Source of the DNA: Macrostomum hystrix
Taxonomy: Eukaryota; Animalia; Platyhelminthes
NCBI GenBank assembly: GCA_950097015.1
Contig: CATNEN010000039.1
Coordinates: 5,766,001 to 5,830,000 of the forward strand
Direction: 5' to 3'
Length of the DNA stretch: 64,000 nucleotides
In this document: in pieces, positions 49,701 through 60,045 of the stretch
How positions within the stretch are numbered: position 1 is the first letter of the stretch
How the letters are laid out: each line of letters opens with the position of its first letter
Translations under genes and position numbers: made by a program
The notes under the pieces: generated by a model
Database searches by the model: none
What the model saw: only the letters and a program-made list of their open reading frames with translations
Told to the model about the DNA's origin: nothing

Positions 49701-52171
49701 GAGGCGCAGCTGGCAACACTGACGAGCGCGGCTCCTAATCTGCTAACACACTGCTAACCCTTCATCTTGCCTCATTGAGAGCCGACTTGGATTCATAATT
49801 TTATCAGTTTCATTGTAACTAAGAATACCCTTTCTCTCTCTTCTCACAGACACTAATCCTTCATCTTCCACTACTCACGGACACTAATCCTTCATCTTCC
49901 ACTACTCACGGACACTAATCCTTCATCTTCCACTTCTCACAGACACTAATCCTTCATCTTCCACTTCTCACAGACATTAATCCTTCATCTTCCACTTCTC
50001 ACAGACACTAATCCTTCATCTTCCACTTTTCACAGACACTAATCCTTCATCTTCCACTTCTCACAGACACTAATCCTTCATCTTCCACTTCTCACAGACA
50101 TTAATCCTTCATCTTCCACTTCTCACAGACACTAATCCTTCATCTTCCACTTTTCACAGACACTAATCCTTCATCTTCCACTTCTCACAGACACTAATCC
50201 TTTATCTTCCACTACTCACGGACACTAATCCTTCATCTTCCACTACTCACGGACACTAATCCTTCATCTTCCACTTCTCACAGACACTAATCCTTCATCT
50301 TCCACTTCTCACAGACATTAATCCTTCATCTTCCACTTCTCACAGACACTAATCCTTCATCTTCCACTTTTCACAGACACTAATCCTTCATCTTCCACTT
50401 CTCACAGACACTAATCCTTCATCTTCCACTTCTCACAGACACTAATCCTTCATCTTCCACTTCTCACAGACACTAATCCTTCATCTTCCAGTGCTCACAG
50501 ACACTAATCCCTCATCTTCCAATGCTCAAAGACACTAATCCCTCATCTTCCAATGCTCAAAGACGCTAATCCCTCATCTTCCAATGCTCAAAGACGCTAA
50601 TCCCTCATCTTCCAATGCTCAAACACGAATACCTCATCTTCCAGTTCTCACACACACGAATTCCTCATCCTATATCCGAACCTGAAACGAACCTTCTGGT
50701 GCCTTCGCTGCACTGAGCAGTCCCTCTCGTACAGGTGCACAACATTGCCGTGCCGGTCGCCCAGAATCTGCACCTCGATGTGCCTCGGATTCTCAACGTA
50801 GCGCTCAATAAACAGGGCTCCGTTGCCGAACGCGGCCTTGGCCTCAGAGGTGGCCCGGTTGAAGGCCTCGGCCAGTTCCGACTCGCGCCGAACAATCCGC
50901 ATGCCGCGGCCGCCGCCACCGTAGGCCGCCTTCAGCATCACCGGGAAACCGTTTGATGAGCAGAATGCAGCCGCCTCGGCCTGGCTGGCCATGGGACCCG
51001 GGCTGCCGGGCACAACGGCCACGCCGGCAGCAATGGCGGCCTCCCTGGCCAGGACCTTGTCGCCCATCTGCTTGACGGTCTCGGGTCGGGGGCCGACAAA
51101 TGAAATACCGGCGTCCACGCAGGCCTGAGCGAATTCCGACTGCTCGGATAAGAAACCGTAGCCAGGATGGATAGCGTCGGCGCCCGTCTCCTTGGCAACC
51201 TGGAACGGCGGGTCAATTATCGAGTTAATAGCTCGACAGTTCCAGACAGTTTCCACTAAGTGCCTTGCTAAAGAACACAATTGTTCCAGTGGAGTAGGGA
51301 ATCGAACCCCCGAACTTCAAGTTGCAAGTCAGACGCTCTAACGACTAGGTAACAACCACTAGTAGAGAATTTAGTATAACCTACTACATGCCCTGTCATT
51401 ACTTCCCCCTTCTCTCTGTGCTTGTTTGAGTTGTTAACGCTCGCGCGCCCACTTATTTTACTTTCTCCTCTTTTCCTCTGTCTGTTCGACTTATTATCTA
51501 ACCTTCACTTCTCTTTCCTTGCCTCTTCTCTGATTGGCTAGCCGTACGTCTCCCTTTCCTCACCCCCTCCTTTTCAACTCTTACCCTCTGGCCCGTCCTA
51601 ACTCGTGTAACTCCTCTGCCCCTCCTTAACTCTTGGTTGATTCTCGGCTAGCATTCTGGGCTTCAAATATATTACCCTGGTTAAACAGTCTTTGTTTCGT
51701 TCAGTGCCGTAAACACTGTCTCTTATTGCGAAGACTTAATTAGTTTTTAGAAGTCACTACTACATGTACAACAATCGACTCATTGCGGTACTTGTTCTGA
51801 TGCCTTACCCGAATGATGGAGGGAATGTTTAGGTAGGCTTGCACAGGCTGCATGCCCTTGCCAATCAGGTAGGACTCATCGGCCATGGTCCTGTGCAGGT
51901 GCATGGTGTCAGCCTCGCTGTAGACACCAACTGTGCGAACTCCCATCTCTGTGCAGGCCCTATAAATCCGAATAGCAATCTCGCCGCGGTTAGCAACCAG
52001 CAGTTTGTTAATTCGCCTGTAGTCACCGCCGGTGCCACCATTTGCTTGCTGCTGCTGCTGCTTGTGGCCTTCAGACTGACTACCAGCACCCGAAGCAGCG
52101 GTGAGGCTCCTGTAGATGGGCTGCGATGGGCTCATCAACAGCGATCGGCTGGGTAACAGCAGGCGCTGCAT
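40792..52171 (-). CDS. PC: Pyruvate carboxylase, mitochondrial, 10 exons, 1195 aa
   Basis: Exons 52171-51809, 51199-50693, 49690-49463, 46276-45808, 44905-44813, 44351-43817, 43302-42928, 42601-42409, 42128-41565 and 41052-40792. All introns are GT-AG and phase-consistent, giving 3588 nt. Motifs: [75 protein letters not shown] and the biotin site AMKM. The N-terminus resembles a transit peptide. Confidence 0.97.
41288..41515 (-). mobile_element. SINE family 1 copy with a (TTA)n tail, in PC intron 9
   Basis: The reverse complement matches 54130-54340 (TTCACCCAGCTGT, GGTACCAGC, AGTCCATGGACTGAA, GCTGTCGGCTG, GGCAGGTGTAAT). Confidence 0.75.
42168..42385. repeat. 20-bp minisatellite (TGGACAGGGTGAGAGAAAGD) in PC intron 8
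   Basis: About 10 tandem units. Confidence 0.93.
42660..42940. repeat. 36-bp minisatellite in PC intron 7, made from the exon 7 splice-donor junction
   Basis: Unit GCCTCACCTGGCCACCTCCCATTCCTGACCCAATTA; the last unit overlaps the exon end. Confidence 0.92.
43338..43758. repeat. 24-bp minisatellite (CTAGATCTCAYTGGAATCTRCAGA) in PC intron 6
   Basis: About 17 tandem units. Confidence 0.93.
44392..44710. repeat. 7-bp repeat (TCACTGY / TCATTGY) in PC intron 5
   Basis: Heptamer periodicity with occasional ATTTTAAAC interruptions. Confidence 0.9.
44992..45773. repeat. 35-bp minisatellite (GGACTCACACCTGATGACTAGGTGAGGAGGATGGT) in PC intron 4
   Basis: About 22 tandem units. Confidence 0.95.
46299..46797. 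repeat. 26-28-bp minisatellite (CCTTCAGCCTGYTCCCCTCAGTCTGT) in PC intron 3
   Basis: Tandem units next to the exon 4 acceptor. Confidence 0.93.
47168..47390 (+). mobile_element. SINE family 2, internally deleted copy in PC intron 3
   Basis: GTGGCAGAGCGGTCTAA A box; CACTGCCTGACGATGAGAAAGTCAGGGCAGAT is identical to the 52270 copy. Confidence 0.7.
47885..49150. repeat. 20-bp minisatellite (ACCCCCACAGTACACAAATG), about 60 copies, in PC intron 3
   Basis: Exact periodicity, with blocks of variants duplicated at higher order. Confidence 0.95.
49843..50645. repeat. 31-bp minisatellite (CACAGACACTAATCCTTCATCTTCCACTTCT) in PC intron 2
   Basis: About 25 tandem units. Confidence 0.95.
51255..51360 (-). 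mobile_element. SINE family 1 5' fragment (tRNA-like head) in PC intron 1
   Basis: The reverse complement GTTACCTAGTCGTTAGAGCGTCTGACTTGCAA...GGTTCGATTCCCTACTCCACTGGAACAATTGTGTTCTTTAGCAAGGCACTTA runs into the family body. Confidence 0.7.
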
Positions 52172-52269
52172 TGCTGCTTAACTAGTCTTACTTTTTTGTT
52201 TTAAAATATGGCGACAGTTTTGGTAAATATTATGTTTCGTCCTATTAGATGTTCTGCAAGGCCATTATT

Positions 52270-52600
52270 AGGGGGTCGGTGGCAGAGCGGTTAATACGTT
52301 TGCCTCTCACACCACGGTCTCTAATTTGGATTACATGGCGAGGTCACATTTATTTGGGGCGCAGCCACGGAGAGAAGGCTTGGGGCTTGTTGTGCCATTG
52401 AGGGCCAACCTCCAAGGCACAGTTAAATGTACACTGCCTGACGATGAGAAAGTCAGGGCAGATGTACACACCTGTGTGAGTGTATGCCTGCGTACAGTAT
52501 ATATGTGTGTGTGTGTGCTCAGGAGTCAGCAAAATGGGCAGAATTGCCTCCTCGCTGGCTGCGGGTCTAGTGTTACTAAATGATGTGCCATTGCCTGCAG
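52270..52600 (+). mobile_element. SINE family 2 copy immediately upstream of the PC start codon
   Basis: GGGGGTCGGTGGCAGAGCGGTTAA head plus the shared body blocks. Confidence 0.72.
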
Positions 52601-53537
52601 CCCTCCTGCAGTTTTATTTTTTCATGAAAACATTTTTGTTTTCAAAACTAAATTGAAAATTCAAATTGAGATAATAATACTTGCTTTCCTTAATAATTCA
52701 ATATTCAAGAATCTATGCAACATAACATACATGTATAAGGACTAAGCACTGCACTGCTGCATCTTTCTATTGGAAATAAAAATACTTCATGATTTAACAA
52801 AAAACTGATAATTATGAAATATCAATGGATTTATCCTTGAGTCTTAAAGTTTGCACTGTACATATTTAAGGATATACATGTGGATATAGGCCTGTACAAA
52901 ATCTACGGGTGTCAAAAATGTGGCTCCAAAGCACAATGCTACACAAAATGCTATAATAACCTAACTAACTTTATAAAAAAGAAAAGCTAGCACACTGCAG
53001 CGCGATACCCTTGCGAAGTATATGGTCAGAAAACCAGAGAGATTTACCCTAAGGAATATGCTTATGGTGGGGACTCTAGTGAGCAAAAAATTGTAAAAAT
53101 GAAAAAGATAAAAAAACAATGCTATGTTCTGATGAAAAAAAAGAACATAACTTTTATGTTAAGAAAACAATGCCTACTATCAATAGAAAGAAGATAAAAT
53201 TTACTTTACAACAAGTGTTTTTACGCTACAATTAGTGCAAAAACAAAAAAGTTATACTGTGCTAAAATTTGTTTTTTAGTATTTGCTGTGTGATCGAAAT
53301 TTAGAAAAAACTTCCTTACATAGAACTTAAAAAATTTAAAGTATTTGTTGATACTGAAACAAACAAACAAAAAATTAAGAAATAGGATATAAAAATTTAT
53401 ATTAACAAATCTTTTTTAGTAAAAGACTGTTTTTTACTTTGTGAATTTTTTGGTTAAAATTTTCTTTTTCTTTTTTGCAATCATTGTTTATAGTGTTTTC
53501 CAAGTGTACACCATTAATATTTTACATAGAATTTTAT

Positions 53538-53839
53538 CATACATGCTCAACCTCCCAAATCTTAGCCGGCCGTGCGACTTAGTTTTCGCTCTATTTACAA
53601 CTTAGTTTGCTCTCATCTGCAACTAAGTTCATTTCATTGCTCTATTTATGACTTAGTTTGCTCTCATTTGCTCTCTTTTTCTCTCCCCTTTTTCCTTTTC
53701 TTCACGCCTTCCTTTTTGTCCCTTGGTCCCCCGTTTTGATTTTTTTGCGCTTGGTCAATTGGTTTTTGCGACTTACCTAGCTTGGCCCTCGTTTCACCTG
53801 GCCGGTTTGGCCAGGTTGGCCGGGTGTTGCGTATGTATG
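53538..53839 (+). mobile_element. hAT-type MITE, copy 1
   Basis: TIRs CATACATGCTCAAC...GTTGCGTATGTATG with ATTTTAT on both flanks. It is the inverted homolog of 57257-57537. Confidence 0.78.
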
Positions 53840-54089
53840 ATTTTATGTAGAATATGATATACTCAAACCTTTTAATTTTCTTTTAGCTGAATCTCCCGGA
53901 AACATGTTTCTCTAATTTACCCCATTTACACATTTCAGATGGCTTTTGCAATTGACTGTAAATAGTAAATTGATGTCTATGCAACGTCTATTTGCTAAGC
54001 TATGGAATAGGTATGGCTTTGCCACTTCTTTAAAGCCAAAAGAGTTTTATATTGTAAACAAATAAACACATCTTGTCAGCATAGTAATC

Positions 54090-54340
54090 CTATGGGTTTG
54101 ATTCCCAACTCCACTGGAACAATTTGTGTCCTTTAGCAAGACACTTAACTCTGCATTGCTTCAGTTCACCCAGCTGTTAAATGGGTACCAGCATCAGCTG
54201 GGATAATTGAAGGTGGGTGTGGCGTCCCCCTAGTCCATGGACTGAACAGCTATATGCAGCCTTCAGATGCGCCATGCATTAGCTGCGGCTATGCTGTCGG
54301 CTGCACATCTGACCCAATTGGGGCAGGTGTAATCAATAAA
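54090..54340 (+). mobile_element. SINE family 1 copy (CORE-like), 5'-truncated
   Basis: B box remnant followed by GTGTCCTTTAGCAAGACACTTAACTCTGCATTGCTTCAGTTCACCCAGCTGTTAAATGGGTACC. Confidence 0.75.
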
Positions 54341-56863
54341 CAACAATATAAAATAAAAGCAACTATAATGTTGATCAAAAAATTGTTATAACTTTTTATT
54401 ACTTGACCAATTTTGATGAGTGAGATGTCTTTTAACTCAGACAAGCAAGATCTGACACACAAGAAAACCAAAAATATGGATTTTTTTTAATTTCTCACTG
54501 GAGCCCCTACCTATGGCTATATTTAGTTGAACTTGCAGTTTTGTTATTGTAAGGCCTATAAAAATCTCTTATCATATGCCTCATTGTAAACAGATCAGGC
54601 AAGTAGTAGGCCCTAGACTATTCTTGGAATTTTAAATTGTAATGAAGCAAATGCATTGTCATTTTCATGTTAATCTACAATATTCAAAGCAGTCGAACAT
54701 CAAAAAACCACAAATGAGTAAAAAATAGAAAATAGAAAGTATCAATTTTATAACAAAGTGTTAAGTGTGGGGCACATTTAATACATACAATTTCTGCCAT
54801 TCCCACACGCTTTATAAAGTGGGGGCAATGGCACCTCGGTTCCCCCAGTTCCTAGTACCACCAAAGTTCAATACTCGATAAACCAGGGTTGGGCATTCGT
54901 TTTGGCTTAATTAATCTATTTGAAATGTAGGCCATAACAATATTTATATCAACCGTAATATAAATATTTCAACAAGGCTTCATAATCATACGAGCGTCTT
55001 CTCACTCGTTACAATAGAAGGTACAAATTTACTACTGCAGAGTCTGTATAACACATAGAACAAATCACGAATAAGCCCAAACCGCTATGACGTCCTCCTC
55101 GGGTGTCGAATTAATTGGCTCTCATTTCGGCCGCGAGTTCCTGCAAAACTTTGCCTTTAAATTTTTTACGCGTTTTATAACAAAATTTACCGCGTTCATA
55201 CATTTTATGAACTCGTTAAGCTAACTAATTCCGCCATTATTTTATAACTATGAATCATAACAATTTTAAAAGATATTTTTTGAGATTAGAAAATTTTCTA
55301 ACCATTTTTCGACTTCGAGTTTAAAATCACTTACGGTCCCCGACACAAAATTGACTGCATTGTCGTAGCTAGTCGATTCGATCACAAGCCTCAAAATTCT
55401 ACCACCGAGTTAAAAAAACATCGTAAGGCATGCCTATACTTTTCTCTTAAGATTCAAAAGAACAAAAACAAATTGTTCTAGAAATCAAACACAAATAAAT
55501 CGTCACATAAAGAAAATATCGAACAAGCAAAAAGTTAGGTTATAATTTAGAATACCAAACAATATCAAAATATACAATTTGTATATGTATTTATCTGCAC
55601 TAATTTTTCCAACTCCTACAAATTATACAAATGTTACAATTTAATGTAGAATTATACAACAAAGATATTATCAATATCAGATAGGCCTAGTTAAAATTAA
55701 CAGTATGAAACAAAAAATACTTTGAAGACACACAAGACACTGAAACAAATAGAAAGGAGTCACTTAAAACAATCAGAACAAACTAGGTAAAATGTAACAA
55801 AATTTCAAAGACAAGCTAAATTGGTTGAGCAAGAAATGGTTCCTAATAGTAAGATTTGGAAAATATACAGATATGCAGATACACGATATATAATTAAAAA
55901 ACGGCATACAGTAATTTCAGTTAAACTAGCGCGCGCATCCCATGAGCAAAAAATTCTATTGTAAGAAAACAAACTTAGAATGGGATTTCATACAGAAAAA
56001 TGAATAAAATTCTTTTAACGTTAGAAATGCATCTAATGTTTTTCGCTCAGGATAGGCCTACTTTACAATTTTTTCTAAACGTATTTGTTCTCATAACTAA
56101 GTATTCTAAATTATTGAAAACAAGCTTAGACTGACAATTCAATATAAAAATATTAAACAAAGGCATTCCAGGATGCTGTAATTGTGATTGACTGAAGTGC
56201 AGCGACTTTTGTTTTACTGCTGTCGCTAAAATACCGTTTTAAGGCAGTTTTAAGCTATTTTAAGCTAGGCCTATTTGAACGCACCCTTAATTGTGTACCC
56301 CTCGAAACGTTGTGAAACCAAGAGAAACACGCACAATTTTCCACTAAAAATACACTGTGAAAACTAATGATATAAAATAGTTTCCTCTTGCAAACTAAAT
56401 TTAATGAAGTTTTTAACATTTTTTACCTAAAACATTAAGATAATCCTGCTTCCCATTCCAATTAGTTTTTTACTTTTACCCACTAACCCACCACCCACTT
56501 AAATGTTGTGTGTGCTTTTTTCTTGCGTAACAGTTTTTCTAAAGACACTTATTTTTTGCGCATTTTTATGGCCAGCAAATTTTTGGGATAGAAATAAGGG
56601 CCTATGTTAGCTTTAAAGGAAATACGGACACATAGCAGTGATAGCACATACATAGCATTATAATATAAATATAGGCAGGCCACTATTATAGCACTAGAAA
56701 TTGATGAGCCAAGTATGGCATCCGTTTTTTATGCATCAATACATTCAGATTATTGTGCCACCCTGCCATGTCATTGTTGGTTTGAACATCCTCACTGAAT
56801 GCAGAGATTCTTTTAATTGGGAAGCTTGTTATTGTCACCCACATATTTAAAAATGTATTTTGA

Positions 56864-57099
56864 TCATTTAATGAAGGCAGTGCTTATCCCCACAGTACCA
56901 TAGAAATAATTTATGTCTAATTCCTACGGTACCGTGGGAATAATTTCCTGCTTATCCGCATGGCACACTGACGAGATAGCTGTCCTATCTTCAACATATT
57001 CCATGGGAATAATTTCCTGCTTATCCGCATGGCACACTGACGAATAAGACAAAAATTATTTCTACGGTACCGTGGGGAAAAGCACTGCCTTTAATGAAA
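56864..57099. mobile_element. MITE-like inverted-repeat element with an internal direct duplication
   Basis: AAGGCAGTGCTTATCCCCACAGTACCATAGAAATAATTT mirrors AAATTATTTCTACGGTACCGTGGGGAAAAGCACTGCCTT. TGGGAATAATTTCCTGCTTATCCGCATGGCACACTGACGA occurs twice inside. Confidence 0.7.
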
Positions 57100-57256
57100 T
57101 ATATATATATATATATAAATGTATGCATATACAAGCCATTCATATATATGCTTAAAAAGCTACTTGCTTTCCAAATGCAACTTTTTGGCCAATTACTTCC
57201 TATTTCATGGCAGAATACAAATATGACAACTTTTTGGACACCCTCATATATTTAAT

Positions 57257-57537
57257 CATACATGCGCAACACCTGGCCGACCTGGCCAAACTGGCCAGGT
57301 GAAACGAGGGCCAAGCAAGGTAAGTTGCAAAAAACAATCAACCAAGCACAAAAAAATCAAAGGCGGGACCAAGGGACAAAAAAAGGAAGGTGTGGAGAAA
57401 AGGAAAAGGGGAGAGAAAAAGAGAGCAAATGAGAGCAAACTAAGTCGTAAATAGAGCAATGAAATGAACTAAGTCGCAAAGGAGAGCAAAAACTAAGTCG
57501 CACGGCCAGCTAAGATTTGGGAGGTTGCACATGTATG
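57257..57537 (-). mobile_element. hAT-type MITE, copy 2, with a perfect 8-bp target-site duplication
   Basis: TIRs CATACATGCGCAAC...GTTGCACATGTATG; TATTTAAT at 57249-57256 and 57538-57545. Confidence 0.82.
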
Positions 57538-58292
57538 TATTTAATAGATTGGGGTTAGGTCACAGTAGACTATAAATTACAATATATGTTAGGGTTTGGC
57601 ATTAATGGGCCAGTCTGTGGAATTTGTCTTGCATAGTTATGCAAGATAGAGCATTTGCTGAAATCTCTGTCTTTGCCCAACTGTTTCATTGTCCATTTGT
57701 TATCCATTGAATTCAGCAGGGTGCAAGCTAAATATCCCCATTGGAAGTCATCCGAAGAGGAAATGCCACTGCCACAATGTCTGCCAACAAATGCAGTTAT
57801 CACATGCCAATGCTAGTTGTCCTGTTGCAACCATTGTACAAACAAGGCACTTTTCCGCCATGATGCATTTGACAGTAAAATGTATACTCATAGAAAGCAA
57901 ATGTAATATTTAAACCTTCCAAGATGAATTGTACAGCCAGTATCAGCTGCGCAGCATGCAATATCTAAGGCTTTTAATTGACAAATTACTCGTAGCTGCA
58001 TTTCCATCCCATTGCTTGGCTTTTATTTTTTATAGATGTTAGCTACAATAATTCTAAAAACTATTATCTATCCAGCACCAAGCAGATTGAGTCTAAAACT
58101 TTTATTTAATATATCAAATGACTTTGTGTGCAACTATGCAAATAGCAGCGCATGTGGACTCGGAGTTGTAAATACCTGCTCATTCCTCCAGTTGCTCGCA
58201 GACATCTTCAAACGGCAAGAGAGAGACGCGAGAGTGAGACCAAGCTCGAAGACTGAGACCAGTTGCAACCGCCGCCCAACCACCTGCAGAGG

Positions 58293-60045
58293 ATGCAGTG
58301 TAAGATAGCAGTTCAGTTGCACAGTAGCGACTCGCTGCTTGTGCTCAAACAGCAGCTGCTCCAGCGGGCTCCTTCTAGGACCTCGCTGCTGTCGCTGCCA
58401 TGCTTCCTTTATGGTCAAATTCCTCTGTCCGACGATATAAGCCTGGCCAGTCTGATGGTGCGCCAGAGCAGCTCCGCTCTGGTTACCGCCGAAGTCACAG
58501 ACAGCTGCGTCAGCATCACCCGCATCAGCGGCGTCCGCTACACCAACGATGCGCCCTGGCAGCCGGACGCCCAGTTTAACGCCCTGATGCGGCTGCACGG
58601 CATGTCCTCCGATCCCGTTAATTGGACCCGGCCTCAGCTGCGCCTGTGGCTGCACTGGGCCGCCAAGAAGTTCCGCCTGCCCGAGCTGCACCAGCCGGCC
58701 TGGCAGTCGCTGACCGGCCGAGCCCTCGCCGCCCTCACGCCGCCAGAGTTTGCCCAGCTGTGTCCCAGCGATGCAGAGTGCGGCGAATTGTGGACCCATT
58801 TGAAACTGCTGCGCCGGCTTCACATGGCCGCTGTGCCGCAGCGCAAACTGATGCGGCCACAGCAGCAGCAGAAGCGTCAGGTGCTCACTTTGCAAAGTGC
58901 TCAAGCCGCCGAAGCTGTACTGGCGCCCACGGCTGTTGTGGTTGTGCCTCCACCGAAGCCTGTTCAACTACACTCGCAGCTGCCTCCGCCACCTATGCAG
59001 CAGCCGCAAGCACAACTGCACGGCAAGATGCGAATCAGCCGCAGCGTCAAGGGCTCTCAGGTGAGAACTGAACTGACAGCAAAAAATGAACCAGTCCTGG
59101 AACGTGTGACACCCATCTTGCAACCAATGACCCAATACCCATCCTGCAACTTATGGCCCAATACCCATCCTGCAGCCAATGACCCAATACCCATCCTGCA
59201 ACCAATGACCCAATACCCATCCTGCAAACAAAGACCCATTACCCATCCTACAAACAAAGACCCAATACCCATCCTACAATGACCCGATACCCATCCTACA
59301 AACAGAGACCCAATACCCATCCTACAATGACCCGATGCCCATCCTGCAAACAAAGACCCATTGCCCATCCTACAATGACCCGATACCCATCCTACAAACA
59401 AAGACCCAATACCCATCCTACAATGACCCAATACCCATCCTACAATGACCCATTATCCATCCTACAAACAAAGACCCAATGCCCATCCTACAATGGCCCA
59501 ATACCCATCCTGCAACCAATGACCCAATACCCATCCTACAAACAAAGACCCAATACCAATCAAAAATGGCTTGATGCTCGTCTTTTCCTTTTCAGTCGGC
59601 TTGCACGACGGTCAGCGGCTCGTGCGGCGGCGAGCTGTGGAAATTTCTTCTAGACCTGCTGACCGACTGCCGATATCGACGAATCCTTCAATGGACAGAC
59701 GACGACGATGGCACATTCGCGGTGCTGAACCCGTCTGCTCTGGCCACAGTCTGGGGCAGCAGGCGCGGCAATCCGCGGATGACATTCGCCAAGATGTCGC
59801 GCGCTCTACGGAACTATCAGCGCGGCGGCATGCTAGAGAAGGTGGTGCCAGCTGCGGCAGGGTCTGACGATGAATCATCGAATGCGGCGAAGCCTGTTAT
59901 CAGCCGGTATGTCTATCGATTCCTGTGCGACATGCCCAGCCTGCTGGGCTACTCGGTGGCCGATCTGCGTCGCCTGGTTGACAATCAAGCAGCCCTTGGC
60001 GGCATCGACATTGACGCCATAGCCTGTACGGCCGACCAGTTGTAG
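58293..60045 (+). CDS. ETS transcription factor, GABP-alpha-like (OST-like + PNT + ETS), 2 exons, about 405 aa
   Basis: Exons 58293-59060 and 59596-60045 (phase 0). PNT domain DPVNWTRPQLRLWLHWAAKKF...LTGRALAALTPPEF...LWTHLKLLR. ETS domain ELWKFLLDLL...WT...WGSRRGNPRMTFAKMSRALR...RYVYRF. The tail CDMPSLLGYSVADLRRLV resembles GABPA/ETS1. An upstream exon is not excluded. Confidence 0.85.
59110..59560. repeat. Degenerate 20-23-bp minisatellite (GACCCAATACCCATCCTRCAA...) in the ETS intron
   Basis: Recurrent ACCCAATACCCATCCT core. Confidence 0.88.

Noticed and set aside
51290-51360. tRNA-Cys(GCA)-like gene on the minus strand
   Set aside because: The acceptor stem is imperfect and it runs directly into the family 1 SINE core.
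52433-52465. Hammerhead ribozyme in SINE family 2 (CTGACGA...GAAA...GTC)
   Set aside because: Core-like words occur, but there is no helix II or III and helix I does not close after the putative cleavage site. A simple hairpin explains it.
56960-57005. Hammerhead ribozyme (CTGACGA-GATAG...CTATC)
   Set aside because: A helix II is possible, but the required GAAA is replaced by TTCA, and the site lies inside a MITE.
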